Assembly: GCA_041479245.1 (NCBI GenBank)
Contig: JBGOXS010000015.1
Coordinates: 7,446 to 71,445 of the forward strand
From: Anaerolineae bacterium
GTDB lineage: Bacteria; Chloroflexota; Anaerolineae; Anaerolineales; UBA4823
DNA: 64,000 nt
Direction of reading: 5' to 3'
This document shows, in pieces, positions 38,870 to 47,617 of this stretch. Position 1 is the stretch's first letter, and the number at the start of each line of letters is the position of its first letter. The position numbers and the translations under genes are program-made. The notes under the pieces were generated by a model. It was not told where the DNA came from, did no database searches, and saw only the letters and a program-made list of their open reading frames with translations.

Positions 38870-39619
38870 CTACGGTAATGTTCCGTCAACCTGTAATCTA
38901 TACGAAGTAACGTCGGCATAATCACGACTGAAGAAAGTTATATCGAAGGAACTTATTTGCCCAGGAGCTAAATCAGTGCTATTAACGTAAGTAAAATCAC
39001 AACCAACAACCTTGCCCAGATTGTTATACAGAGTACCTACTGGACTAACAAATTTAACACTAACCCCTTCATTATTACCAACCTGACCAATGATATCGTA
39101 CCATCCAAATGTAGTATCGTATGAGCCACTGTCGTTTAGAACTGTAAGGTTGGGTAAAGGTTGACCATCCGTAAAATAGGTCGGAGCTTCAAATTGATAA
39201 TATGCCCATCCAGAAGGGACTGGTACAGAAACCTCAAAGCATGTAATTCCCCATGCGGGTAAATAGTCCAGGTATATATAGGTGAAATCACTGTAGAGAA
39301 GTTGCCCACTGGCATTAAAAAAGTTGGCAGTGATTTTGACGAAACTCAAGTCATCGCCAGTATTATTCAGAACTTCACCTACGACATTAAGATAGTTAAT
39401 ACTATCTATATAATAAGAATCATTGGGTAGGATTTGAACCTCAGATGGATTCGAAGTTGGGGTTGGACTTGGAATAATTATTGGAGTACTTGTTTTAGTT
39501 GGGGTCAGAGTCGGTTGTTTATAAACAATGGGTATATAGGTCTGAAAGGCTAATGCTACACTTACCCAAATACCAAGCATTGCAAGCGCCAAAATGAAAA
39601 CTAAAAAGACTCTCTTCAT
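38870..39619 (-). CDS. Secreted protein with Thr/Pro linker and two FxLYD-like beta modules
   Basis: Signal/TM MKRVFLVFILALAMLGIWVSVALA and linker TPTKTSTPIIIPSPTPTSNP. Two homologous modules follow (VVGEVLNNTGDDLSFVKITANFFNASGQLLYSD / IIGQVGNNEGVSVKFVSPVGTLYNNLG). Confidence 0.65.
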   Translation of the reverse strand: MKRVFLVFILALAMLGIWVSVALAFQTYIPIVYKQPTLTPTKTSTPIIIPSPTPTSNPSEVQILPNDSYYIDSINYLNVVGEVLNNTGDDLSFVKITANFFNASGQLLYSDFTYIYLDYLPAWGITCFEVSVPVPSGWAYYQFEAPTYFTDGQPLPNLTVLNDSGSYDTTFGWYDIIGQVGNNEGVSVKFVSPVGTLYNNLGKVVGCDFTYVNSTDLAPGQISSFDITFFSRDYADVTSYRLQVDGTLP

Positions 39620-40163
39620 ATATCTCCTCCTTCTACTATGAAGTAGTTTTGGTTTTCAGGAATAATTACTTATTAATTATTTTACACCTGCACAACTTTT
39701 CTCATCCCAATGATTGTGCCTCGTATTTCACAGTCTTTTCTATGTCTACCCTACATACACATTCTTCCCATAACATTTCGACAATTTCCAGAATTGGACG
39801 GCTTTTCTTGCCTGGCACATCACTCCCTTGAAAGTAAGCAACATCTATCCACTTAGTAGAGTAACTGATGGCTTAATTAATCCATTTTTTGTAATGCTTC
39901 AACGTTCTGTTGATCAATAATAAAGTGATTTTTTTACTCATGCACAATCCATAAAAATATATATGCAGTTATTTTATCCGGCCTAACCCTCATTGTTTCT
40001 CAATAATGATATCGATCGATAACAGCAATACCCACCCACACCCATATTAATTTCGAAAAGTGTGGCATGTAATTTGCAATAAAAACTCTGTGAAAGCGGT
40101 TCATTCTAGCCCGCTAAAGCCAAGTTGAATTCACACAATGAGAGAATAAAAGGAGAGCGAATT

Positions 40164-40277
40164 ATGTTATGGATTGGAATACTTATAGCAATATTCCTGG
40201 GTGTGATTGTCTATATCTTCCTTATTTCTCTGTGCCTGGCAGCAAAAAGAGGAGATAAACAAGGAGGCTACGAATGA
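40164..40277 (+). CDS. Small single-TM protein (37 aa)
   Basis: AAAGGAGAG RBS lies 7 nt upstream of the ATG. MLWIGILIAIFLGVIVYIFLISLCLAAKRGDKQGGYE. Below the ORF-track cutoff. Confidence 0.4.
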   Translation: MLWIGILIAIFLGVIVYIFLISLCLAAKRGDKQGGYE

Positions 40278-40345
40278 CTGACAGGCTACCCACGTTACAC
40301 GCCAGTTTTATGCTATACCAGCAGTATGGTATATCATAAACAGCA

Positions 40346-40513
40346 TTATTGCTCGTCCTCATCCTCTTTATCTTCCAGAATCATAGCCTGTAAAAAATCA
40401 CCTGTTGAGGATACAGAAACACCACCTAAAGGCTTCCATCCTTGTTCTATACGACTGTTCACTTGCTTCACAAGAACATGTACAGTAACATCGATAACTA
40501 CTTGATATTCCAT
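40346..40513 (-). CDS. DUF1737-like small protein (55 aa)
   Basis: AAAGGAGAAG RBS. MEYQVVIDVTVHVLVKQVNSRIEQGWKPLGGVSVSSTG... resembles DUF1737 (N-x(3)-GW-P-GG). Below the ORF-track cutoff. Confidence 0.5.
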   Translation of the reverse strand: MEYQVVIDVTVHVLVKQVNSRIEQGWKPLGGVSVSSTGDFLQAMILEDKEDEDEQ

Positions 40514-40643
40514 AGCAACTTCTCCTTTATATGTTGATCTTCCTGCTAGCAGGCTGTCTTACTATCATTCTGGCATGACAGTATTGGTGATGATACGAGC
40601 GAGCCAAAAGTCCCTTCTCGAGAGGGAATGTTCTATTTTGACT

Positions 40644-40711
40644 GTTTCACGTGAAACCAGCTGGATTTGGAGCACCTTTCAACCAACAACCAAACATGTT
40701 TCACGTGAAAC
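40644..40711. promoter_or_regulatory. Two identical 14-bp perfect palindromes GTTTCACGTGAAAC, 54 bp apart
   Basis: Copies at 40644-40657 and 40698-40711, the second extending to a 16-bp palindrome. They lie upstream of the DUF1737-like gene at the right edge of the AT-rich island. Confidence 0.6.
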
Positions 40712-40829
40712 AATTTCCGATTTGCGCTATATATAATGTGTATGAGTAATAATTATGTAAGATATCATGTAATGTGAAGGGTAACAACAACTTGAAAAGA
40801 GTCAGCATATTGGTATGGAAGAATGAGAA

Positions 40830-41843
40830 TTAGCTTGGTGCCTGGATCCCATTCTCGCGCCCCCATCTTTCCAACAACTCCTCAACCAGGTCGAGGTAGG
40901 CATCCAGGGCCTCGATTTTCTCGCAGAATGCCTCGCCCAGCAAACCCAACCCCTCGCCGGCGGATTGCCAGGCAGCATAATGGGGTGAATCACCAGGTAG
41001 TGCTTGAATCATATGCGTCCAGGTGCGCCAGAGGGGCCAGAGGGCGTCGTAGGGGGTCTGACTATCCAGCATGACCTCGATTGCGCGCTGATAATACAGC
41101 ACACGGTGGGGGTGCAGGCGAACCGGGGCCTGGTTTTCAGCCAGCGAGCCATATGCAGCATGCCACTCAGGTATCCAGGCACGTATACCACCCACTTCTA
41201 CCGCTGAAGCCCCTAATAGCCCCAGGAATCCTTTATACAGACCGGGTTTGTGCACCGCCTCGGCATGGTGGAGCAAAGAGGGCAGGAAGCGCCGCTCGGT
41301 CAGGTTGTGGCCGCTGAGTCCAGCGATGGCATCCGCGGCGTGTTCCAAAGCCTGGAGGTATAAGGATGCGTCATGTGGATTAGGCTGGCGATGGCTGGCA
41401 TTGAACGATTCCCACATTTCCCGGGCGTGGACAGCTTGTTTCTGAACACGTGTTACCACGTTTTCCGGATTATTAAACTGGCCCCTTACACTTGCCTGGA
41501 CAAAGTCGATAAAGTGCTGCGGATCGTACATGATCTTACAGTTGTATATCACCGGTCCGAGCCATGGGTCGACGCGCAGCTCACGTGGCTGGCGGTAGAC
41601 TCGATGCGAGTGATGTGAGATGTCGAGATGTACCTCATCCGACAGCCTGACAATCTCGCGCTCGAGAGAGACATCATCATTGTGAACAAAAAACAGGTCA
41701 ATATCGGCGGTGTTTCCGATCAGCGGCTCATCACTTAACAGCGATCCCTGCAGGTAAATGGCGATGATAGAACGGTCAGCAATCACGCTTTTTTCTACCG
41801 TATCATTAGCCAGCTTAAGCAACATGTTACGGTTAATACGCAT
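40830..41843 (-). CDS. Nucleotidyltransferase-fold protein, function unknown
   Basis: N-terminal IAIYLQGSLLSDEPLIGNTADIDLFFV (GS...DxD minimal NTase motif) followed by a long helical domain. Confidence 0.6.
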   Translation of the reverse strand: MRINRNMLLKLANDTVEKSVIADRSIIAIYLQGSLLSDEPLIGNTADIDLFFVHNDDVSLEREIVRLSDEVHLDISHHSHRVYRQPRELRVDPWLGPVIYNCKIMYDPQHFIDFVQASVRGQFNNPENVVTRVQKQAVHAREMWESFNASHRQPNPHDASLYLQALEHAADAIAGLSGHNLTERRFLPSLLHHAEAVHKPGLYKGFLGLLGASAVEVGGIRAWIPEWHAAYGSLAENQAPVRLHPHRVLYYQRAIEVMLDSQTPYDALWPLWRTWTHMIQALPGDSPHYAAWQSAGEGLGLLGEAFCEKIEALDAYLDLVEELLERWGRENGIQAPS

Positions 41844-41916
41844 ATATACCCCCAGGCTGATAATCGTTATATTTTATATATCGCTTGTCCCGCATGGTTG
41901 TAATTTTGCCTGAATT

Positions 41917-42576
41917 TCACAACTCGTCGATCATGGGTAGGGTGGCCTGGAAGGGAACTTGTTTCAGCGTTTGGCGAATCCGGTTCTCAACCAGCTTTAG
42001 GTCTTCAACCCGGCCCACATAGTCAAGCTCATTGGTATCCAGAGTGAGAACGGTCACACTTTCGCCAACATTCCGGGCGTGGTTATCGATAAAAAAGGAA
42101 TCGTAGGCATGGCTTAGCTCGTCGATATAATCGCGTTCCATATTACGCTCGTACGGGCGGTCGCGTGAGGCAATTCGCTGCATCAGCACGTCGATATCGG
42201 CGCGTAAGTAAACAATCAAATTAGGGAGGGGGATCTTCTCAGCCAGGGCATTGTGCACACGGTAGTACATGTCCAACTCGTCCCCGACCAGGTTGATACG
42301 CGCGAACAGTGCATCCTTGGCAAAGGTGTAATCAGTGATCAACGAATCGCCGCGTTTAAGGATTTCGGGGACTGAACGGCGCTGCTGGTAGTAACGGCTG
42401 AGCAGAAAGAAAATCTGAGTCTGGAAGGCGTAACGCTGACGGTCTGAATAGAAATCTGATAGGAATGGATTTTCTTCGAAGACCTCAAGCACCAGGGTAG
42501 ATTGGAATGCGGATTGAAGCAAGCGCGCCAGGGTAGTTTTCCCCACCCCAATGACACCCTCAATAGCGACGTACAT
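41917..42576 (-). CDS. Deoxynucleoside kinase
   Basis: MYVAIEGVIGVGKTTLARLL P-loop, ENPFL, DRxxER-type motifs. The ATG lies 1 nt after the upstream stop. Confidence 0.8.
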   Translation of the reverse strand: MYVAIEGVIGVGKTTLARLLQSAFQSTLVLEVFEENPFLSDFYSDRQRYAFQTQIFFLLSRYYQQRRSVPEILKRGDSLITDYTFAKDALFARINLVGDELDMYYRVHNALAEKIPLPNLIVYLRADIDVLMQRIASRDRPYERNMERDYIDELSHAYDSFFIDNHARNVGESVTVLTLDTNELDYVGRVEDLKLVENRIRQTLKQVPFQATLPMIDEL

Positions 42577-42577
42577 A

Positions 42578-43363
42578 TCAAAAACCCTCACCCGGATGAA
42601 ATGAAACTGCACCCAGGAAGGAAAGCAATCCATCAGCGACGAGCCGCGGCTGTTCCAGCATCACCATATGCCCTGCGTTGGGAATCACACATAACTGGGC
42701 GTGCGGAATGGTATTCGATAGAAATTGGGCATAACGCAGGGGCGTCATCTGGTCCTCAGCACCGCAGACCACTAACGTGGGTTGATCGACAAACTCGAGG
42801 TGTTCCATCACGTCAAAGCAATTGCAGGCAAGCAGATCTCCTAGAAACACGCTTTGGCGAGTCTCCAGCATTCGCTTGGAGGACAATTCGATCATCCGAG
42901 GCGGTGTATTGGGACTAAAAGAATAGGATACCAGGAGATCGGTGGCTTTAATAAATGTGGTCTGATCCGTGGCAAAACTCAATATCTCCTGATTGACCCT
43001 GAGGCGCGCTCCAGCGCTGATCAAGCCCAATCCCACGACATACTCCGAATGATGGATTGCCATAGTCAAGGCAATCGCACTCCCCATCGAATGACCCACG
43101 AAAACCGCCCGACGCAGCTGGATCGATTCCAGCCACTCGACCAGGTGGCGGGCATAATCCCCAATCGTCTGCTGACCATCGCAGCTCTCCGATTTGCCAT
43201 GGCCTGGTAAATCAATAGCATAAACACAATACCCGGGTAAACGGCGAATCTCCGGTGGCCAGTACAGGTGTGTTCCTCCAGCTCCATGGATCAGCACCAA
43301 TGGGGGATTTTCCGTCCCTCGTTCACTATGGATAGAATAATACAGGTTTCCTGAGACGGGCAT
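42578..43363 (-). CDS. Alpha/beta hydrolase
   Basis: HGAGG oxyanion motif, GHSMGS nucleophile elbow, C-terminal GHMV. Confidence 0.85.
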   Translation of the reverse strand: MPVSGNLYYSIHSERGTENPPLVLIHGAGGTHLYWPPEIRRLPGYCVYAIDLPGHGKSESCDGQQTIGDYARHLVEWLESIQLRRAVFVGHSMGSAIALTMAIHHSEYVVGLGLISAGARLRVNQEILSFATDQTTFIKATDLLVSYSFSPNTPPRMIELSSKRMLETRQSVFLGDLLACNCFDVMEHLEFVDQPTLVVCGAEDQMTPLRYAQFLSNTIPHAQLCVIPNAGHMVMLEQPRLVADGLLSFLGAVSFHPGEGF

Positions 43364-43369
43364 TGTGGA

Positions 43370-44740
43370 TCAACCGCCTCTGCGCAATCGTTCAGCGGCC
43401 TCTGAAGTTAAGGGTATCACCACACGAATAGTGGTGCCTTTTCCGGGGCTTGAGTCTATTCGGAAAATGCCACTCATCATTTCGGTGCGTTCACTCATAT
43501 TTCTGAGTCCCAGGCTGCCGCGCTGTTCGGTTGTAGTTTCAATGCCGGTCAGATCAAAACCAACGCCATCATCCTGGACCTCGAGCATCACAAGGTCCTG
43601 GTCATAATCTTTCATGCGCACCCATATGTGGTTCGCCTGGGCATATTTGCTGGCATTGTTAATCGCTTCTTCGGCGATATAGAAGATGATGGTTTGCCTG
43701 CTCATCTCAAGATGGGTAATGACATTCTCTTCAGCTTCTACGATGACGTTCTGGTCATAGGTCTCGTGCGTTTTTTCCGCCATTGCTTTCAACGCCCCGA
43801 TCAAACCTTGTGATTCGAGCTCCAACGGGCGCAGGGTGAAGAGCATGTGGCGGATTTCCTTGGTCGTGCGGCGGGCAAGCTCCTCAATTTTCATCAGCTC
43901 ATCAGCGGTAGCTTTGGGATCGCGCTCCAGAAGACGGCGAGCAAAATTCAAGCGCATGGCAATGGCAGCCATAGATTGGGTGGGGCCATCGTGCAGGTCA
44001 CGCGCGAGTTTTTTGTGCTCCTGTTGTTGAATTTCAATCATCTGTTCTTTTTCGCGCTGGATATCGCTGTATAAGCGCGCATTCTGAATGGCGATGACTG
44101 ACTGGTGAGAAATAATATCCAGAAGCTCGCACTTGGAGGGGGTAAAAAAGTCTGGATCGGTATGGGCGAAAATCAGCACTCCATAAGTATCCAACCCAGA
44201 CCGTAATGGCAGGCAGTATGCTACCGAAGAGTTACGCAGGGCGATGAACCGACTTAACTCCGGGTCTTTGGAGGGTTCAGTGCAGCTTTTTGGTAGACCC
44301 TCGGTGATCACCTCTCCAATCAGCCCGCTGGTACCCGGCAAGACAATGCGCATATCTGACTGGGGAAAGTGCCGCGACGTCCCAATAGTTAAGTTCGGAT
44401 GTTCATTTTCAGACTGGGTGAAAAGCAGCACGGCGCTCACCAACCGTTCCGGAGGTATATGCGGCGTCGCCAACACCCTTGAACCCAGGTCCAGTGCAAT
44501 TTCAAGCACATTTTGGTATTTTAAAGTGGATGTAACTTTAGAGATCAGGTTATAAATCTCGCGCAGCCGGCGATGGTCAATATCCCACATCGGTTTATTG
44601 CCGCCAGAGCTATCCTGCTGCCTGCGAAACGGGTTGCTAAAATTCAATTGCCCCATAAAGCTTAGAATAGCCAGGCATAGGATAATACCCAGGACAATGG
44701 CAATGGCACCCACGAGGAGGGTATAGCTAAGCTGGCTCAT
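43370..44740 (-). CDS. GAF-domain sensor histidine kinase (HisKA_3/NarL-partner type), no adjacent response regulator
   Basis: N-terminal TM, GAF-like middle, H-box LARDLHDGPTQS, HATPase EAINNASKYA / DDGVGF. Confidence 0.85.
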   Translation of the reverse strand: MSQLSYTLLVGAIAIVLGIILCLAILSFMGQLNFSNPFRRQQDSSGGNKPMWDIDHRRLREIYNLISKVTSTLKYQNVLEIALDLGSRVLATPHIPPERLVSAVLLFTQSENEHPNLTIGTSRHFPQSDMRIVLPGTSGLIGEVITEGLPKSCTEPSKDPELSRFIALRNSSVAYCLPLRSGLDTYGVLIFAHTDPDFFTPSKCELLDIISHQSVIAIQNARLYSDIQREKEQMIEIQQQEHKKLARDLHDGPTQSMAAIAMRLNFARRLLERDPKATADELMKIEELARRTTKEIRHMLFTLRPLELESQGLIGALKAMAEKTHETYDQNVIVEAEENVITHLEMSRQTIIFYIAEEAINNASKYAQANHIWVRMKDYDQDLVMLEVQDDGVGFDLTGIETTTEQRGSLGLRNMSERTEMMSGIFRIDSSPGKGTTIRVVIPLTSEAAERLRRGG

Positions 44741-44811
44741 CGACCTTATGATAACCCAAAATACCCGGCTTGGAAAGCATCTCCTCGCCGAATTTAGTCA
44801 AATCCATGAGC

Positions 44812-45411
44812 CTAATCTTGAAGGAGCGCGTGTAAAACAGGCAAGGCGGCCTTAACTGCGCGTGCCCGGTGACTTAATTGATTTTTTTCAGGCGTGCTGA
44901 GCTCCGCCATAGTCAATCCGACAGCGGGTAACAGGAAGATTGGATCATAACCGAACCCGTTCGTACCCCGTTCGGTGGGAATGATCATGCCAGGGCAGTT
45001 CCCTTGAGCAAAATAGATCCTTTCTGTTGGGACAGCGATCGCCACCGTACAATGGAAGTGAGCAGTCCATGGTTGGGAGAGACCTTGCAGTAAATCCAAC
45101 AGGTAGGCACGGCGGTCGGCATCAGTGGCATTTGCCAGGGGAGAGAAGCGCGCTGAGCGGATGCCCGGCCGGCCGCCCAGGACGTCCACTTCCAGGCCCG
45201 AATCATCTGCCAGAGTGACCAGATTGCCCAAGCGGGCATATGCGCTCGCTTTCAATGCGGCATTTTCCTCATAGGAACTGCCAGTTTCCTTCACCTTTAA
45301 TGAAATGCCGACCATATCCGGAGTGACGAGAGAGATTTCGAGATCATCGAGCAGAGATTGTATTTCACTTAGTTTTCCCGGATTTCTTGTGGCGATGAGC
45401 AATCGTTGCAT
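44812..45411 (-). CDS. rdgB: Non-canonical purine NTP pyrophosphatase (RdgB/HAM1)
   Basis: LLIATRNPGKLSEI...GFGYDPIF...SHRARA. Confidence 0.9.
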   Translation of the reverse strand: MQRLLIATRNPGKLSEIQSLLDDLEISLVTPDMVGISLKVKETGSSYEENAALKASAYARLGNLVTLADDSGLEVDVLGGRPGIRSARFSPLANATDADRRAYLLDLLQGLSQPWTAHFHCTVAIAVPTERIYFAQGNCPGMIIPTERGTNGFGYDPIFLLPAVGLTMAELSTPEKNQLSHRARAVKAALPVLHALLQD

Positions 45412-45583
45412 ATGGCTCCTCCAAATAATCGACTATCCGCACCTTACCCACACACCATATGTGGGTAAATCTACAAAATTCTATCTTACCTGTGGCAACA
45501 AAATATGTTATAATAATTGTATAATATAATAAATTACTTTGCGATTTACAAGATAATTTTCAAAGTATAGCTATAGAACCATA

Positions 45584-46096
45584 GTGTCTGACCCACATTC
45601 TCCATTACGTCTGAATGTCGGCTTTGTTGTTGCTCAATCTGCAGGGTTCAGCCGGGACATCCCTTTCGATCTCCCGCAAATATACATCCCTCCGGATTTG
45701 CGTTTAAGCGGACTATTCGGAAATGTAAGGGCAACCCGTACCCCACAAGGTATCCTGCTGCAGGTAATATTTCAAACCTTGATCGACCTCGAATGCGTGC
45801 GCTGCCTAACCAGTTTTCAGCAAACCCTGAATTTCGAATTCACCGAATTGTACGCCGTTTCTCAGCGTTACATGACTGATTCGGGTTTAATCATGCCTGA
45901 CACGGGGTTCATCGACCTCACACCCGTGCTGCGGGAGTATATTTTACTCGAGATTCCTATCAGTCCATTATGCCGGCCGGATTGCAAAGGTTTATGCCCA
46001 ATATGCGGGAATAACCTGAATGAAAGTACCTGTCATCACGAGGAAGACTCTGGTGATCCCAGATTGGCCTCTCTGAAATCGCTCCTGGATAAATAG
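45584..46096 (+). CDS. yceD: YceD/DUF177 family protein
   Basis: 170 aa, C-terminal CRPDCKGLCPICGNNLNE zinc-ribbon typical of DUF177. GTG start. Confidence 0.8.
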   Translation: MSDPHSPLRLNVGFVVAQSAGFSRDIPFDLPQIYIPPDLRLSGLFGNVRATRTPQGILLQVIFQTLIDLECVRCLTSFQQTLNFEFTELYAVSQRYMTDSGLIMPDTGFIDLTPVLREYILLEIPISPLCRPDCKGLCPICGNNLNESTCHHEEDSGDPRLASLKSLLDK

Positions 46097-46122
46097 ACAC
46101 ATCATACAATAGGAGGGAAAAA

Positions 46123-47325
46123 ATGGTTAATCCAAATCCACAGCCGCAAAAAGTAGAAGCACTGGATACATTACTGGAGAAAGCCGATCTGCAAGGCTAC
46201 CTGACCACCGGGGATATCCTTGAAGTTTTTCCATGGGACGGAGAAGACGATGAGAACCTGTTGGAGCTGTTCGGGCTGCTGCACCGGCAGGGTGTCGAAA
46301 TCGTGATCGAAGAGGACACGGAACCAGAACCCGACCTCACCAAGCTCGACAGCACTGCCCTGGATTTCAACCCTACTACTCTCGAAGCACCTCTGCTCCC
46401 CAGCCTGGAGAATATCTCCGCCGACGACAGCGTGGGGCTTTATCTTAAAGAAATGTCACGCGTTCCCCTGCTTTCCCTGGAAGAGGAGGTCAACCTGGCG
46501 CAGAGAATCGAGCTTGCTACGGATTGCAAAGCCAGGCTCATTAGGATGAACGGCAAAGGGTCGAGCAAACTTCGCAGCGAGCTGGAGGTGGCCATCCAGG
46601 ATGGCATCTTAGCACGTGAGCACCTGATCAAAGCCAATACCCGCCTGGTGGTGAGTGTGGCAAAAAAATATATCGGGCGTGGGGTGGCGTTTCTGGACCT
46701 GATCCAGGAAGGCAACCTGGGACTGATGAAAGCAGTCTCAAAGTTTGAATATCAGCGCGGCTTCCGCTTCTCTACCTATGCCACCTGGTGGATACGGCAG
46801 ACGATCACGCGCTCGATCGCGGACCAGAGCCGGACGATACGCATCCCGGTGCACATGACCGACCGCTTGCGGATGATGTATAAGGCCGCGCATAATCTGG
46901 AGCAACGGTACGGACGGCCGCCCACCCAGGAGGAGCTTTGCCTGGAAATGGGCGTTGGTCATGATAAGCTGCGCTGGATGATCGAGGTCGCCCGCATCCC
47001 AGTCTCACTGGAAAGCCCGGTGGGTGATGAGGATGATACCGAGCTGGGAATGTTTGTTGAAGATACGATCACACCGTCTCCTTCGCAAACGACTTACGAG
47101 AACATGCTGCGCGAACGCGTCGACCAGGTTCTTTCCACGCTTTCACCGCGTGAAGCTCGTATTTTACGGCTGCGCTTTGGTTTGGAAAATGGGCATCCAT
47201 ATACGTTGGAGGAAGTGGGGCATAAGTTCGGTTTGACCCGTGAGCGCATCCGCCAGATCGAGGGTAAGGCGCTGCGCAGGCTGCGCCACCCTTATCGGGC
47301 AAGGCTGCTGCGCGAATATCTCTAA
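46123..47325 (+). CDS. rpoD: RNA polymerase primary sigma factor
   Basis: Regions 1.2-4.2 are recognisable (YLKEMSRVPLL, DLIQEGNLGLMKAV, YATWWIRQTITR, LTRERIRQIEGKALRRL). Confidence 0.95.
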   Translation: MVNPNPQPQKVEALDTLLEKADLQGYLTTGDILEVFPWDGEDDENLLELFGLLHRQGVEIVIEEDTEPEPDLTKLDSTALDFNPTTLEAPLLPSLENISADDSVGLYLKEMSRVPLLSLEEEVNLAQRIELATDCKARLIRMNGKGSSKLRSELEVAIQDGILAREHLIKANTRLVVSVAKKYIGRGVAFLDLIQEGNLGLMKAVSKFEYQRGFRFSTYATWWIRQTITRSIADQSRTIRIPVHMTDRLRMMYKAAHNLEQRYGRPPTQEELCLEMGVGHDKLRWMIEVARIPVSLESPVGDEDDTELGMFVEDTITPSPSQTTYENMLRERVDQVLSTLSPREARILRLRFGLENGHPYTLEEVGHKFGLTRERIRQIEGKALRRLRHPYRARLLREYL

Positions 47326-47361
47326 AGACTGCGGACGAAAGCCTAATCAGCTGTAAATATC

Positions 47362-47390
47362 TTGACAAAAGCCCCCCATCCGTTTAGACT
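47362..47390 (+). promoter_or_regulatory. Promoter of the metG leader
   Basis: TTGACA (47362-47367), 17 nt, TAGACT (47385-47390). Confidence 0.5.
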
Positions 47391-47419
47391 CATTTTTGAT
47401 AATCTAAAAGGTTGGCTGT

Positions 47420-47515
47420 ATGAACGGACATATCCACAACTTATTCGTAATGTCTATGGCCATGATGGAGATAATTCAACGCGCCTGGGCAGCCGGCTTT
47501 GAGGGTGATCAATAA
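47420..47515 (+). CDS. Candidate leader peptide (31 aa) rich in Met codons
   Basis: AAAGG lies 8 nt upstream of the ATG. MNGHIHNLFVMSMAMMEIIQRAWAAGFEGDQ* has four AUG codons within six codons (47450-47467). The ORF ends 22 nt before the terminator stem. Confidence 0.45.
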   Translation: MNGHIHNLFVMSMAMMEIIQRAWAAGFEGDQ

Positions 47516-47537
47516 CCACCATAGGATAAAACATCGA

Positions 47538-47567
47538 GGGCTGCCCGAACCAGGGCAGCCCTTTTTT
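47538..47567 (+). terminator. Intrinsic terminator (attenuator) in the metG leader
   Basis: GGGCTGCCC / GGGCAGCCC 9-bp stem, 6-nt loop, TTTTTT. It lies 50 nt upstream of the metG ATG. Confidence 0.8.
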
Positions 47568-47617
47568 ATGCGGGTAGTTACCAGAGACTTGTATTGAATA
47601 AAAATAAGGAGGACAAA

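Larger units (their letters stand above)
37880..40800. mobile_element. AT-rich island: decayed prophage/foreign DNA remnant (boundaries approximate)
   Basis: There is a visible drop in GC versus the flanks (not computed). It holds a MuF-like head-morphogenesis fragment with frameshifted upstream remnants, orphan small genes and long non-coding stretches. No integrase is present. Confidence 0.55.

Noticed and set aside
47395-47570. T-box riboswitch interpretation of the metG leader.
   Set aside because: I could not find the conserved T-box sequence (…GGGTGGTACCGCG-like), the UGGN bulge that would pair with the tRNA NCCA end, or a Stem I specifier loop with AGAGA/GNUGGA elements. The leader-peptide model explains the helices better. 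An Infernal scan should still be run.
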